This document shows, piece after piece, positions 1 through 45,100 of a stretch of 64,000 bases of DNA (the first letter of the stretch is position 1; every line of letters starts with the position of its first letter). The notes beneath the pieces are model-generated. The model saw only the letters and a list, made by a program, of their open reading frames with translations. It made no database searches and was not told where the DNA came from. Made by a program: the position numbers and the translations under genes. Source of the stretch: Tubulanus polymorphus (lineage: Eukaryota; Animalia; Nemertea); the NCBI RefSeq assembly GCF_964204645.1, contig NC_134028.1, positions 10,788,001-10,852,000 on the forward strand. The letters are read 5' to 3'.

Positions 1-1292
1 GTTCACTGATAAAATTTGGCATGTACATAGAGGAAGAGTTTGTCATATTGGAGATAATAGTTTTATTTTGGTCCTGGGTCCGAATCTACCTTAATTTAGT
101 CACTCAAATTCCCAGCATATTCCTGATATTGCCAGCAGATGGCGATATGTATGAGTGTACTGCATGTCACTAAGTGACTGCGTTGCTGTGTTGTGTAGGA
201 TGTTGGACTTTGACACAGTAATTGTATACATTGCACCCAATTCTTTTGAACCAAAAGGGTCACAAGACAGCCGGCTTGATTCTAGTCGACCCAATATCTT
301 TTGTGGTGCTAGGTGATACATATACATACCAAACTTCAAGATAATTGATCAAAGCAATTCAAAATTTCCCATGAAAACTTAAAATGTATACATAAGGCCA
401 AAAAAAAATTGATACCTTGTTTCTCGTTCCCCAGCGGGGTTGATAAATCGACGGCAAAACTCGTAGAAATAAAATTCTATTCTAGGCCTAGAGTTAATAC
501 CTTCTTTTTATGATGAAATAAAAACAGGCCGGTGGGTCAGTTTAAGTAGTATATCATAACGATCGATGCGGAATAGCGCAAGGTCCAACTACAACACTCC
601 CAGTCCAGTATTAAGCTGTTGTTCCGGAACCCATAACAACAACAAATTGTATATAAGTACTGATTTTTCCGAAAGTCATTGGCCAAGTTGACTATCTTGA
701 CTCGGATCGGGCCAGCAGGCCTCTAGGGAAGATGCATACATAAATAAATCGATACAAGGCCATACATCAAAGCAGATTGAAGACTTCCCAAGGAAACCAG
801 ATTCTGTCTACAGTGGAATGGATAGACTTCCCAAAGAAACTAAATTCTGTGTACAGATGAATGGATAGATAGACAATGGCAAAAAATGAACACAATAGCC
901 TGCTGGGGCTTTGCCCAAAGTGGGCTAAAATGTTCCAAATAAAAGTTTGTTACTAATGTTATGATTGTGACAGTATATGTGTGCCATAGACATTTAATCT
1001 TGCCCATAAGTGACAGCTGAAATAGAAGAAAGGTTTCAGAAAGAAGTCATGGGGACCTGAAGATATTATGTCATGCTGTCATAAAACCTATCATGACATT
1101 TGTATATAATTACAAATTACCACAAAGAAAGTTGTAAGTAAATTAGAAATTATTGCTTTTGCTTTTAGGTTGCCACCAGAGGCGTTAATATCAATCCAAC
1201 TACCATGAGTAAGCAGTATTTAATCATCTATATCTATGACTTATAGATTAGAGCCCTTCAAACCGAACAATTGAGAGCCATTCACTGAGTAC

Positions 1293-1322
1293 CTTTTTCT
1301 GATCCCGGTTTTATGTCAACGT
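1293..1322 (-). CDS. Candidate 30-nt phase-1/phase-1 micro-exon of GFAT ((D)VDIKPGSEK)
   Basis: tatttacag acceptor and AG|gtactc donor, open and frame-preserving after exon 8. It lies in the variable region of GFAT, so there is no homology support. Confidence 0.25.
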
Positions 1323-2230
1323 CTGTAAATATTTGATAACAAGAAACAAAATTCTTAATATGAACATTCCCAAATTTACATGGTGCATGTTTAATCCATA
1401 CTATCAAGATTATAACATCAGTGGGTATACTTACCTTTCTATTTAAAAGTTTTTGACATTGAGAATTCATGAAGAAATTGGAATTTTCAAACATTTGGGA
1501 AAAAAGAACTGTAAGCCTCAGGCTGGAGAGTTATAGCTTGAGTTATCATATTCCAGTATGAACAATATCTTATGGTAGCACAAACATTAATAAATACTTC
1601 CAATTTATCGATAAGTCTCAATCACTTGCTTCATTATCGAATAAAATTTAATTCAACTAAATTTGTATTTTTGAATGTAATAAAATCGAAATTGAATTGG
1701 AATATATGAAAGCATCAAAAGAATTGAGCAATTACAGATAATTTTGTGACGTTGTGATGATTAAAGGTTCATTAATGATAGGAGGTGGGTGTGATATTTA
1801 CTTAAACGTTTAAAAAAAAAAAACGAAAAAAATTTCCCGCATTTTGAATTTAAATGAAATATGTAACATTTCTGGAAAAAAACAGTGTTGTAACGTTTCA
1901 GACAGCTTTAAGTCGGAAAATTGGCTCAGTCAGCAGAAATTCTAAGGTCCAGATTTTTTCAGTTCTTTTTTCTATCAAAATCTGCCTCAAAGTCAGATTC
2001 TAGAAGTCAGAAATTCGGCTAAATCGGCTCAATACACGTTCCGAGAGTTTCAAAGTGTTAATTTCAGTTCTTTTTAAAAAGATCATCACTGGCGCACAGC
2101 GTCTATTATGTTATGGTAGATAGAGTTTTCTGTCGACGGATACATGCTAAGCACATGTTTACAATAGTAGTCGGCTATATAATAGAGTATTGACCGTGTG
2201 TCAATCAGTTGTTAGGGTTTAGTGCCTTAA

Positions 2231-3410
2231 AGGGGTCATGAAGAGGTTTTTAAGATATGGCTAAAAGTATTTTTTATCATCAATTATAACCTATTTATTG
2301 ATTTAGTGGTCAAGAAATTAATTTTTAATTTTTCTATTAGTGTTAAAACGAGACTTTTGATCGGCCGCGCTGATTCCATCCCAACCCGGAAGAGAGACTT
2401 CATTCTGAGAACCCAAACCAAACAACATGGTGTAGTGTATAGAACGGGTGATACTCACAGCGATTAAAGTGCAAAATAGTGACTCAAATACATCAGATTC
2501 CAATCAAACGTCTGAAGTTTAGGAAGCCAACAGTTGTTATTAATAGAGTCAAAATTAATCCAGTTAACTTGAACCTGATGCCTCAGAATGAAGGAATTTG
2601 TGACTATAGTACAGCATATTTCTACGTCGTGGAGCAGCAAGTTCATCATCATTTAAGTCATTCCCTCTTTGTAAAAACCACGAGGAGGGGATGACTGATA
2701 TAGACATTGCAGATAATTCTGCGGGTAGAGATATTTTAATCGAGTACTGGACCATAAAAGCGTCCTGAAACCGTAAACTTGTTCGTGAATCCCAGTCCAG
2801 GCTGCGCCATCCCAGCCGTGTAATAGTAATGTGTGCTGCATACATACAGTCAGTATGTTGTACATACTACAGCGATGTGGGTCACTGGGGAAAGCCAGTA
2901 CTATATGCAGTGGAAAGCGCGTATCTCTTACTAGGTATTTAATTCGCAAAAATAGCATCACTTGGCAGAATAAAAGGCTCTCAGATAATAAAAACATAAG
3001 TTTTGTGTATCCAAGTGTATGTGTGCTGTAATATTTGCGAGAATCCTTCTCTAAAGTGTGAAGCTAGTTTACACATAGGCCGGGTGTTTTCGCTCTTACG
3101 GTCCATCATCTTAGGGCTAAGGCATTTCAAAAGACGGTAGAATTAGCGCGATATTCAACAAAAATGAGCATTGTATTATAACGCTTCTGAGTGTCTGCAG
3201 GCGTATTCTGTATTCTCAGAATGACGTCATCAACATCATCGCGCAAACGCGAGCGTCCCGTTGCTAGGGCTGTTGTCACAGGCTTTTCTCGAGTTTGGAT
3301 AAAGATATTTAAAAATTTTTTTCATAAGACTACTATAGATGCATACAGTGAATGTTTTACACAAAAAAAAATAGATTTAAAAATTTTTTCAAATCCTCTT
3401 CATGACCCCT
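2231..3410. mobile_element. Non-autonomous Kolobok-type DNA transposon
   Basis: Perfect 16-bp TIR AGGGGTCATGAAGAGG (2231-2246 / 3395-3410) flanked by TTAA on both sides. AG termini favour Kolobok over piggyBac. Confidence 0.8.
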
Positions 3411-5791
3411 TTAATCTGTAATTAACTTTTCTGAGAAAACCTCCCAAAATCTGACTTACTCATAATCGGAACTATTTCTGATTCCGACATTTTCCCATTG
3501 TCCTAATGTGTCGGACTTAAGCCAGTTCTACTGTATAATGCTTAATTTGTTGACCTAAATTGAAAAACGCAAGATAGTCGCAAGAATTTAATAGCGACAA
3601 TGTGTCGTTATATACATGAGCCCCAAACACACTACGGCCAGCCTATCGGCATTTCATAAATCATGGCACATGATGCAATCTGTGGGTTTTTATTTGTCAG
3701 AATAAACTCCCCGCTCAGAGTCAATATCATTTACACAGCACAATTGTGTTTTCATAAGTAGCACAGATGGGGAGAGCTCATCATCATCATCCTGGTAACA
3801 AGCCTCTATCAACAGGCTGATTATTCTGCTGGTACATTTTTAGCTGACAGGAATGAATATAGGCCGCCCCATATTGATATAAAATAGGCCACCCCGATAT
3901 TTCCTAAATAATTTTTTTTTCGCTTTGACATATGGAAGCTGGGCCATTTTACCACCAATAGTCACATGGGCATCAACCAATGTTTGCTTCATATGTGCCT
4001 TTAGATATGTTTTCATTGACCACAGGTGTGTCGACATGTATCACATTTACATGTATGGGAAAGGGTTGACATAACAAGGGGTAAAATGAGAAAGGGACAA
4101 ATTGGGAAGGAACGAAACAGGAACGTGGCAGAATGGGAATGAATAATGGGCATGATGGGAATAAACCCTGATTAAATCTTTTATTCATTAAACTGTTCAT
4201 TTTTCAGGGACATCCAAGAATTTCAGCATTTCAGCTTTTTAACCGTGAATCGAGCACTTATCTTGTGCCCAGGCAGAAAGTGCTGCACCTTGAACAGATT
4301 CCTGAAATTCACAGAAAATACTCAGGAGATCTAAGTCAATGTATGAGAAAGTTAAGTACAGACTACTAGCTCCAGTGTTCTCCATAAGGGGTTTTTGAGG
4401 GGCAAGCCGCCCCTTGAAAATTTTAAAAACTTGAAAATCTGCCCCTGTTATTTTTATATAAGTAGTAGTAATTTTAAGTAGTATTTAATCACCATATTCA
4501 AGACTGATAAACGACACTCAAACATACATTTTAAAGAGGCCATTGTCTCAGTTATCATAGTAACGAATTTGAAATGCAAAATTTTTGGCCGCTAGTTCCC
4601 CAGCGTACTTGAAGTATTTAGACTAAAAATACCTTTCTTACCTGTGAAAAAAGTTATGTCATAAGGTCAATGTAGAATCTTACCATTAAATCTCTTGAGA
4701 TATAAACTGAACTTCCAAGCAATCAACAGTCAATGGCGACTTCATTAAAATTTTTAAAATATTTTTAGAGTTATATGCAAATATGCTAAAACGTGGCAAC
4801 CAATCAGCTGTTTCATTGCTTGGTTCAATTTAGAAAGACAAATGTATACAATATTGAATGTCCGCCAGGATATATACATACATTATGCCAAGCATGACCA
4901 AGTATTATTATTATTAAATTGTTAAATTTCACTCACTCCAACGATAGACCACAATAGGCCACACATGCCATGGTCCAGGGTAATACCAAAGCAATTGGGT
5001 ATCCCAAGCTTTTGACTGAAAGTTTATGCACAATCATTAATGAATCCATGCTCGTCATCTTAAATATACTTTAGACTAAAAAAGAAAATACCTTGCTCCT
5101 CATCATTTCGAAAACCCACCTACGTAAGAAATCAACATGCTAAAAAGCAGTAAAAATAGAACTTGCCCTACATGCCAATTTGCGCAATAATTATTAGTTT
5201 GAAAAAAATATAGAAAATATAGCTGCAAGGCAGCGATGACAGGTTTCTGCAAAGCCATTCAGAATGATGGGAATTGAAATAAATTGAAATGCGGGATTCA
5301 GCTTTGAAACCGAACTTACGCGGACATATAATCAACAAATATCAATTTATTCGACCAGGCGTTTATTTTGGCATTCAACATCATCATTCTGTATTTTCAC
5401 TACGCTTAAAAATGGATCCGTCCTATTAAGAACTCATCTTAAGCACCTGCTGAGTCGATAGATTGAGTAAATTTACAGATAAGAAAAGTATTATAATTTG
5501 GAATAGATTTAAGGAGTTAATCTTTTTATGGAAATATTTGAATAAATACATACATTGTAGTGTAGATTCAATCAATAAACAAGAGGCCCATGGGCCTTGT
5601 ACCTTCATGACGCAGTAGAAGTAGAATGATTCAGTATTCAAAGTTTAACAGAAAGATTTACGTTGAAACAATGTAACAAGTTTTCAAATAGTTAAGATGG
5701 TATAGGCTATGTGGCGATAATGTTCATTTTCTGTTGATATATCCTTACATGACAAGCCGATTTTAGTTGCACCAAAGATCACACTACATGA

Positions 5792-6890
5792 AACTAGGGG
5801 TCCAGGGACACCATGCCCACTTGGGAAGTGGTTCCAAATGCTCAACAATCTAACAATTTCAATATTCAACGCCCCCTGGTGACCATACAAAAACCAATGA
5901 CCTTGAAACTTACCACAATCATAGAACATGTCAGCAGCTACGATTTTGTAATTGATTTTGATAACAAAATATGCCTCGTTACCAATTTAATATGGAAATA
6001 CTAAGTTATCCTACTATTCAACACCCCCTAATGACCATATTCAAAACCCAATTACCTTGAAACTCAGCACAATCATAGAACATGTCACGAACTATAACTT
6101 TGTAATTGATCATGGTAACAAAATATGCCTAGGTACCAATATAATAAGGAAATACTAAGTTATTCTTCTATTCAACGCCCCCTGGTAACCATATAAAATA
6201 ACTAATGGCCTTAAAACTTGCCACAATCATAGATGATGTCATGAGCTACAACTTTGCAATTGATTGTGGTTACAAAATATGCATTGATACGAATATAACA
6301 GAGAAATACTAAGATATTGTATTATTCATCACCCCCTGGTGGCCATATACAAAAACCAATGACCTTGAAACTCACCACAATCATAGAACACGTTATGAGC
6401 TACAAGTTTCTAATTGATTGTGTAACAAAATATGCTTAGGTATCAATATAATGTGGAAAAACTTTTTCCCACCTACGAATGAGTAATGATGACACCAAGA
6501 TGGCTGCCAATTGCGTCATAATTGGCTGATCAAAAATACCTGTCTCAGGTATAAAAAATCCCTTTTCAAAGAATACCCATCACAAATTGCAATGAGAAAT
6601 GGCAAACCAGTAGGGAGCTCCAGGACTCAGAATTTGGGCCAAAATTGACATTTTTGGGCACTAAAAAAAGGTCATAGGATCGATTCACTTTTTGTTATGC
6701 TGATGGGCCCTGGGGGGATTCACATATAAACGAAAGATCAAGGTAATTGATCAAAGGGTCTTCAAAATTTCCCTCGAACTTCGAAATGTGTAAAAATTGT
6801 TGATTTTGGCGAACAACAATGGCTGCCAGTCGGCCATCTTGATTCTGACAGGGCCAGTTTTTGGGCTGAAGATGTGTCTAGATGTGTCTT
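5792..6890. mobile_element. Helentron-associated (HINE/DINE-like) element with ~120-bp internal tandem repeats, truncated
   Basis: Starts ACTAGGGGTCCAGGGACACCATGCCCACTTGGGA, followed by ~5 units of the CCCCCTGGTGACCATAT...CACAATCATAGA...ACAAAATATGC repeat. Collinear with the copy at 27674-28925. Confidence 0.75.
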
Positions 6891-7029
6891 TAATATCATT
6901 TAAAAGCTTTGCCTTCACATGGAACTATTTCACAGGTGCACTCTGCCGCCGTAATTCGCCCATTCAACGATAAAAACTTTCCCACGGTCTTATTATCGGC
7001 ATTTTCTAATAATTTAGGGAAATATTTTA

Positions 7030-8410
7030 AATAAATTGCCTATGGGTAAAGTGTGGTTTACCTTGAAAGCTAGAGGTTGTTTAGAATAAGGGTTGCTTGA
7101 AAAATCTTTTTAATTCGTGACTTCAAAGTTCTACAAGTTTATACGGTATTTTATCTTTCTTAAAGAATTATTTTGTAGTTAAATAAGACCAAAGATATAC
7201 ATTTGTTTACGGTCCACGTCCAAAATTTTGGAGGGTACGGGTAGGCACGGCAGGGAAACTATTTTATATTTTCAAAAAAATATGTTTCACAATATGAAAA
7301 AAATAAACAAACAAGGCCATCCCAAAATAATTGTCCGTTTGCCTTAACACCGACTCAACTTTTCAGCATAAGATGGTACGTAGGTAGCAATTTTTTTGCA
7401 AAATTTTTGGGCAACAAAAACAAATTTTCACCTTTGGGCTTTTTTACATGGAAACAATCATCTACGTTGTGCACGGGAAATTTGTCTTATAGCGTAGATT
7501 TCAAGAATTATTCTAAAATAATAACTTCGTCCAGAGCGTCATCTCTGTGTTAAAAATGAAACAGTACATTGAATATGTGCGCGCTTTTTCGTTACCAGTC
7601 ACTATTAGAATGAATGGCAGCTTATTGGAACACTGCCAGTTTCCTGGAAAACTTTAACTAGGCCACATGTCAAGACACGAGGCACACTTGAATTCAAACA
7701 TACGTAGCTCATACGTCGACAGTGGGTCGGTCGGCCGTTTTTATCAAAAATAAAATCCATTTCAATGAATCCCAGAAAAAAGTTTTAACTCAGTACCTTT
7801 GAAGTCGGGTCGGTCGGGTTACGGCAAACAGACCATTATTTTGGGATGGCCTAAAATTCATATGATGTCACATATCAGAGGGTGGCTGAATATTGACTCT
7901 TGGAAACCTCTTCCAATGTAGGCTGCGGAAGCTAAAATACTGGTACAGAAGAAATCGGCTATTAGATTTAAATCCTGGAATTTACCACTACAATATTCAG
8001 ACCTCGACAGACCTTATACGTTGCTGCTTAGTATTTTCAGGTCACAAGAAATTACAATCTATTACAAATTCTATCGAACAGAAAACACAGCGCTCATCTT
8101 CTGCTACGATTATTCAGCCTATTTTCATGTCAAACGTGCACGCGTTACAGCATCACCCTTATTAGTGTACTGTACGGAAGGTGTGTGTGTGTGTGTCGTG
8201 TAGCACTCCGCGCACACGTGGAGGCCTCGTGTAAGTGAATATTCGCTTACACCTCAATCAATGTCAATCAAAACAATCACCGGGTATTAAAATGAAACAA
8301 TACCTATGGTGGATGTATGAAATAATTATATCCTCACCGGCAATGAGCATTTGAAATTCACACGTATACGGCACCTACTCCAATGAAATGTACGCCATTA
8401 ATGGCTTTCC
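7030..8410. repeat. Interspersed repeat, second copy at ~29035-29860; this copy carries a MITE insertion
   Basis: AAATTGCC.ATGGG.AAAGTGTGGTTTACCTTGAAAGCTAGAG...CAATGAGCATTT is collinear in both places. Confidence 0.75.
7314..7852. mobile_element. PIF/Harbinger-like MITE
   Basis: TIR AGGCCATCCCAAAATAAT...ATTATTTTGGGATGGCCT; absent from the paralogous repeat near 29310. Confidence 0.75.
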
Positions 8411-9980
8411 CATAATTATTTTAGTAGCGCCGGAATTCCCTGTATATCCCAAAAACAGCCAATCCCATTCGCTCGTAGAGACAACGCCCCCCAAGCGAGG
8501 TCACTGCAATTTTATATGCGAGAGCTAAGAATTTTCCCGCCAAAAACAGTTTTTCGTAGAATTTTAACTCAGTTGACCGTGTCATCGACGGAGGTTCGCC
8601 ATGTCTTCAATCGCATCGATTATACGTCGTTTAAGCCGAGAACCAATGAAACAAATGCTCACATAAAAAAACGTTGCGCGATTTTACATGAATTGGCTTA
8701 ATGCCAACATCACATCGTTTGACAAATCTTCCTCTGAACTCCCACCAACAAGTTATAAGTGGCGACACGAAATGACGTCATCGACTCACTACCATCTTAT
8801 AATAATCACGTGAATCTCAATAGGGTTTTCTGTGAAGAAACAGAAAACCCTAATTACCCATCTACCATTGATGGTCTAATCTTCATGATCGAAATCATGC
8901 AGGGTTAGAAGCCTAATCGCTGGAGAACAGAGTTTATAGATACAAATAAGTTTTTTACAGAAATAAATAGTTTTCATTCCTACAAAAAGTCTTCACAAGC
9001 GTGAAGATGTGATAAAAATCGAGGTATCTGTTATAGCCATATTTCTATTTTCATACATCATTTTCACACTGATCACTGATTGTGGATTTGGTTATGTACC
9101 CACAATAAAAAATATAGGTAAATTGACCACCTACACATCCAAAGTAATACTGCTTTGTCCAGATATCCAAAGTATTCAGAGAGGGCTATTCAACTCTAAA
9201 TGAAAGATCACAAAGATAGAAATAAAAAGACACACTGTAATCTCATTAATTAACACCCTTTAACCAGCAAACATTTTTTAGTCTGTGACTGATTTCGGAC
9301 CACGTAAGGGGAAAAGTTAATAACTCGAGAGATAGCAAGAGATAACTCTATAAAAGTATAAATTTTCTAAAAGCTCTCTTCCATAAGCTTTCAAATGAAA
9401 CTAAGTTTGCCAACATTGGGAGTCAAATTCAGAGTCCGACCCCCTAAGTTATCCAGATTGAAGGGCCAGCCATGATGGTCATTTGGAGAATGCCCTTTAT
9501 CGGGTTTCTGTAAAACCTGCAGTAGCCCATTGGGCCCAAAAATGGGGCCCATTCTGGGGCACCATCATACAAATTTAACTGGGTTCGCTTATTAACTTAA
9601 ATTTAACTTAAAAAAACGCTTAAAATTCCGAGATATTGGTAACTAAAGTTTCCAAATCGTGGAGAATCAGATTTCTTTGGAAGACCTGGAAAACCATGGA
9701 AGTGCTGTAGGGACATGCCAGTTGAATAAGCAACTGACTACTAGCATTTTGGCAATGAGCAACTGGAATGGTCCTCCAGGTCTTCCAAAGATTTTGGGTT
9801 GCTGTACCCGGGTTGTTGTAAAAACAATGGAGCAAGTTCATTCCAAGCGAGGATGATTTCTATCTGATTAGTTTGATGTAAATGTTTGGTCATGATAAAC
9901 GGCTGATTCTAAGTTCATGGTTTTCCAATGACTGGTTCCCGGTGATCTGGCAGCTCACCTTGAAACTTTAGTTACTGATA

Positions 9981-10358
9981 CAGTCAAAGCTCATTATACC
10001 CCCATCCGTAATACCGGCAAATATACCCATACCCAAGAATTTCCTTGCGCACAGTTCATTTGGTATCTATTTGCATATGATAGCTTTCGCTATACCACCT
10101 CACATTCTCCGCCATAACACCAACAAAATCCTAGAACAGTCCTATTCAAACTCACAGAAAAAACATTTGTTATACCACCTTACGATTTTTTGTCAACTAA
10201 GACCTTTACCCTTCCTAAATTAAGATCAACTGATGTCTAATTCTTTATTTGGTTAATAGTGATGTCTTGTATACTATGTCAACTCTCACGATCGTCAATT
10301 CCCTATACCGCCAAAATTTTGACAGTCCTAGGACTGGCGTTATAATAAGTTTTTACTG
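9981..10358. mobile_element. Tc1/mariner-pogo type MITE
   Basis: TA|CAGTCAAAGCTCATTATA...TATAATAAGTTTTTACTG|TA, imperfect TIR with TA TSD. Confidence 0.7.
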
Positions 10359-11467
10359 TATTTCGGAATTTTAAGCGATTTTTAGGCCCGCTCTTCTAAA
10401 TCAGTTGATCAAAAAACTCCACTGGATTCATGAGAGCCTCCTTGATCACTGAAACCATTGTGCCCCTCTTGTGAGTCTTGTGAGCCCCTATCAATAATCT
10501 TCCTATCACTCAAGACAAGCACACAGTGCCTGAATTAAAACAATGACTAATCTTTTTTACCACGTAGGCTATGCTTTGTTGATTGTACTGAAGCATAGAA
10601 GATTTCCGCGGTTGGAGGTCCATTTTTATCATATGGAGGAAGATCTTCATCCCTGGGTCATATGCCAATGCCAGTATGCAGGCACCAACGGCTGGTTACT
10701 CAAAATTAATTTATTCTGGCATAAACCGAGCCAGCTTAGCAATGGCTATATATGTTTTTACAGGGAATGAAATATACAGCACATAACACATCAAAATACA
10801 TTTAAAAAATACACCACACGGGACACATATTGAAACCACGAAACAAATCAAACATATGGGGATTGAGTTACATTGTTTTAGACAGACACATACACAATTT
10901 GGTTAACATAAGGTATGTAATGATTGTTAGACAGCAGCAGGGCTTTGATCAACAACAGATGTGTTGATTAAACAGCTTGCTATTATTGCTCTCTATCTAC
11001 TTCATAACAACAAGTCATTTTAGTCTGAAGAATTATGAAAAATTAAAACCAAGAGACTGAAAGAATATATATATAATTATATAATTAGGAAGTATTTGGA
11101 TATATATATTTATGAAGAAAATGTACCTTTATCTTTGCAATGATGGGCTATCAATAGAAAAATCAATAATCAATCCTCAATTATCTTTTAGATTAATTAA
11201 CAACAATAATGGATGAAAAGATCCAGAGTCAGTTATAATGCCATCCTTCAAATACCAGTGCTCACTCGATGCCAAAAATCGTCACGAGAACAAATATTTT
11301 GAATCCAACTTCATTTAAAAAAAATGTCATTCTATAAAATGTTTAAATTGCTATAACGTGACGCCATATTATTCTTGGCGAAATATTTAAGCACATTCAT
11401 GCTAGTGAATATTAGGGCGGGCTAGGAAAGGCATCACAACTGAAGAAATTGTGGAATGAAAACCAAC

Positions 11468-41763
<30,296 letters not shown>

Positions 41764-42184
41764 ATTGAATTTTTAAACGGTATCGCGATCGCACTCTATC
41801 CCAATATTGTTGTCAATATTTGGTAATGAATGATGAATAGGCACTATTAATCTCAATCAACACTACACAACACAACACAACAAGCAAATTCAAGTCCTGC
41901 CACGTCCCCAGTCAAAGAAAAAATAATTCAAATCAATTTATTGAGTGACAGGAATATCAATTCAAAGAAAAATACTTTATTGACAATATTAACCGGAAAT
42001 TCAAATTCATTTATTTTTTTACGTGATATTTACAAGTCCATGATATATAAATTTGGCGATATTTAAGTATCAAAATTTGGCTATTTAGCACAAAGTATTA
42101 TTTTGTATTTTCATTTTGAAGTTTACAGTGGAGGAAAATGAGTTTCGTTGCCCAGTAGAGCATATGCGATTATTTCTGAACAAT

Positions 42185-45100
42185 CATTATGAGTTTTCCG
42201 GTTTGCTCGGCTACCCGTACTGGCGGGGTAGTCTAGATAGGCAAATGAAAGCTCCGGTTTGCTGAACTACCCCTCTTTGCGGGGATGCGGTATGATGTTT
42301 GATCTGACAGTTTCAAGTGGTTAATGGGTGTTTCAAGTGCTTACAACGATGCTTATTACTTAATGTGGTACATGGTGGTTTAAAAAAAGATTTCATAATG
42401 ATACGCTCAAAGTATAGGCCTACCGCGTGGGCTTCGTAGAAAGACCACTGCCTGTGGCCTTCCCAAATTTTAATTGTTCTGTCCGATTTGGTTTCGTCCA
42501 ATTGAAAGACTGCCTTTTCCAGTTAGGGCATTTTTGGATCACATCACTCAGGAAATGACTTACGCTTTTGGGCCCTTTCGTCGGTCCCACGTGTTTCATT
42601 TGAGCTATAGACCACATGGTGACACCATGATGGTCAGAAACTGACCAATTGAGATATTCCCGAGTCTGAACACCTGACTGCGAATTTCGGAAATTTATCA
42701 AGTCATGTTTGTTTTCAAACTACCGAGGTATCATCATTGCAAATTCATAAATTGACCATCACTGACCACCACTGACCAATTCAAACTTCTCGAATATGAG
42801 TTCGATATACCGCGTTATGGTGTCAAACTAGAAAGGATTCGCCATAGATATTGAGAATTCATAAATTTACCATCACTGACCACCACTGACCAATTCAAAC
42901 TTCTCGAATATGAGAACGATATACTGCGTTATGGTGTCAAACTAGAAAGGATTCGCCATTGAAAATTCATGAATTGACCATCACTGACCACCACTGACCA
43001 ATTGAAACCTCTCGAATGTAAGAAAGATATACCGGTACCGCATTTGGTGTGAAACTAGAAAGCATTTTCCCCATTAGAATTCATAAATTGACCACCATCA
43101 CTGACCACCACTGCCCAAGTGAAACTTCTCGAATATCGTCGAATTCGAAATTGGTTGTCGTCGTATTGTTATTTCTAGAGACCAGCAGTATGTTTTGCTA
43201 CTGTTTCTGAATGGCGTTGACATGATGGAAATATATTACTCCTAAATAGGTTACACATCTGGATCACAGCACCTCACTTGCCGCAGTGCGTAATTTTGAC
43301 TGCATAGTAATGCTAATACATAAACTTTTTTACTACTTGACTCAAAGCTTGACGCGAATCATCTGAACAGTACTGCGTTTGAAAACGAATAGAAAATGTT
43401 TGCGAGAAGCACCTGCAAATAAGTTATGATAAGATTTAATCTATGGTTAATCGATGCTTAAAAAAACAATTAAATCACAGGCAAGATGACTAACAACCGT
43501 CTTTCAACCAATCAGCGCGATGCCAATTAATTAAATCATTAAACGCATTAGGCTCCTAATATTTGTAATCATTTGTCGTTCTTTAAACTTGGCCACTTTT
43601 GTTTCAGAAAACCGCGTACTATAGTGGTCACCAAGGCATTAAAAAAGTTTTGAAAATTCGATGGTAACGATTTGTCCGTCAAAAAACTGTTTCGTTAATA
43701 TTTCAAGTTTTTTTTTAAACTCTTGTACAGAATTCACTATATGAAAAGTGTTCATAGGAATTGAAATTCGGTGTGATATCAGTCACCTGTTACCCCTTTT
43801 TCATTGTCAGTTCTTTATTGCACTATCATGCGCTCTTCTAAAATAGAAAAGAACACGTGTGTTTCGTTATAAACAAGGTTAAATTCCAAACGCACATGAA
43901 ATATCACACAATATACACATCTAGCATTTTCTCTAACTAGGCCCTTTCCAAATGGCAATTGTTTAGTTTTTTAACGGCCGACATTCAGAAGCACCTAAAA
44001 ACCAGTGGTAGCGCTTGAGATTTTCAGTGTAGGTCACATCTCACATCGACTCGGCTCGCAGTCGGTTCGTTTAATGGGAACACATCTGGTTGACACTAGT
44101 TTCACAGTTGACGAAATCAGAAAACTTTTTTTCAAATGCCTTTGATAACATCTTAAACATAGTATTCTTCTTAATTACATTTCGTTGATTCCATAGATAT
44201 GTTTTTATGAAAATTGCTCCAGTTATAACGGATTCAAACATACATGTGAAATCATTATTTTCAAAATATTCAATTTTCTCCGCTTTTGAAGAAATTCTGA
44301 CACAATATCATCTCCACTCGACACATGATTTTACTTCGGCGCCTTTAAGGGAGTGTCCCTTAAAGTTGAGTTCTTACTTAGTCAAACAAGGAGATATGCC
44401 TGATTCCTTTTTAAAATTTAGATTTCGACAGATATCATCAATTTACTAGAAAGGGACAGCAGCGTTCGGTCATCCACGAAAAATACCTAAAATGCAGTCC
44501 TAGGGTTATGGAAAAACAGGACACGAAACATACAGAAAAATCCTTTGTTTGGTTGACTGAAATTATTATTGAACTCTTAAATAGCGACATTCAGAGAAAC
44601 AAAAACATAAGAATATAATCTCGCCCACCCGTTAAAAAACATAACGTAATGATATGAGGCCATGTGTCATCTTTAATTGAAATCACATTATATTCATTCT
44701 CATGCGAGGACGGGTCTCCAAATTCATAGGATAAGGAGAATAATGGTTTGAATGATGAATACAACTGATAAAGCGCCAATTTCACTGATTCTTATATAAA
44801 TGCTCAAAGGCGCTTTACAGTAATCGAGTAAACAGGGCGTTTTTAGGAGTCTTTTGAATTTGAATTCAAATCGGGTGTTCATGACGACTATAGGCGCTTT
44901 AAAGCCGCGGACACACTGGGTGATTTCGTCGGCGACGAAATCGGCAAACAGCGCCGCTTATTTTGAAACGACCAGCTGCTAGCGCCACCTTTAATAAATC
45001 AAAGAGCCGTGATTGGCTGGTTAATACGGCGCTCGAGGCGACTGATCGCCGTACCCGGACACACTGGGCGATTCTGTCGCCGGCGACGAAATCGCCGGCG

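Noticed and set aside
5860-6460. Regular ~120-bp repeats (also 20900-28330) as a CRISPR array
   Set aside because: Whole units are homologous with no unique spacers, there are no cas genes, and the context is a eukaryotic intron
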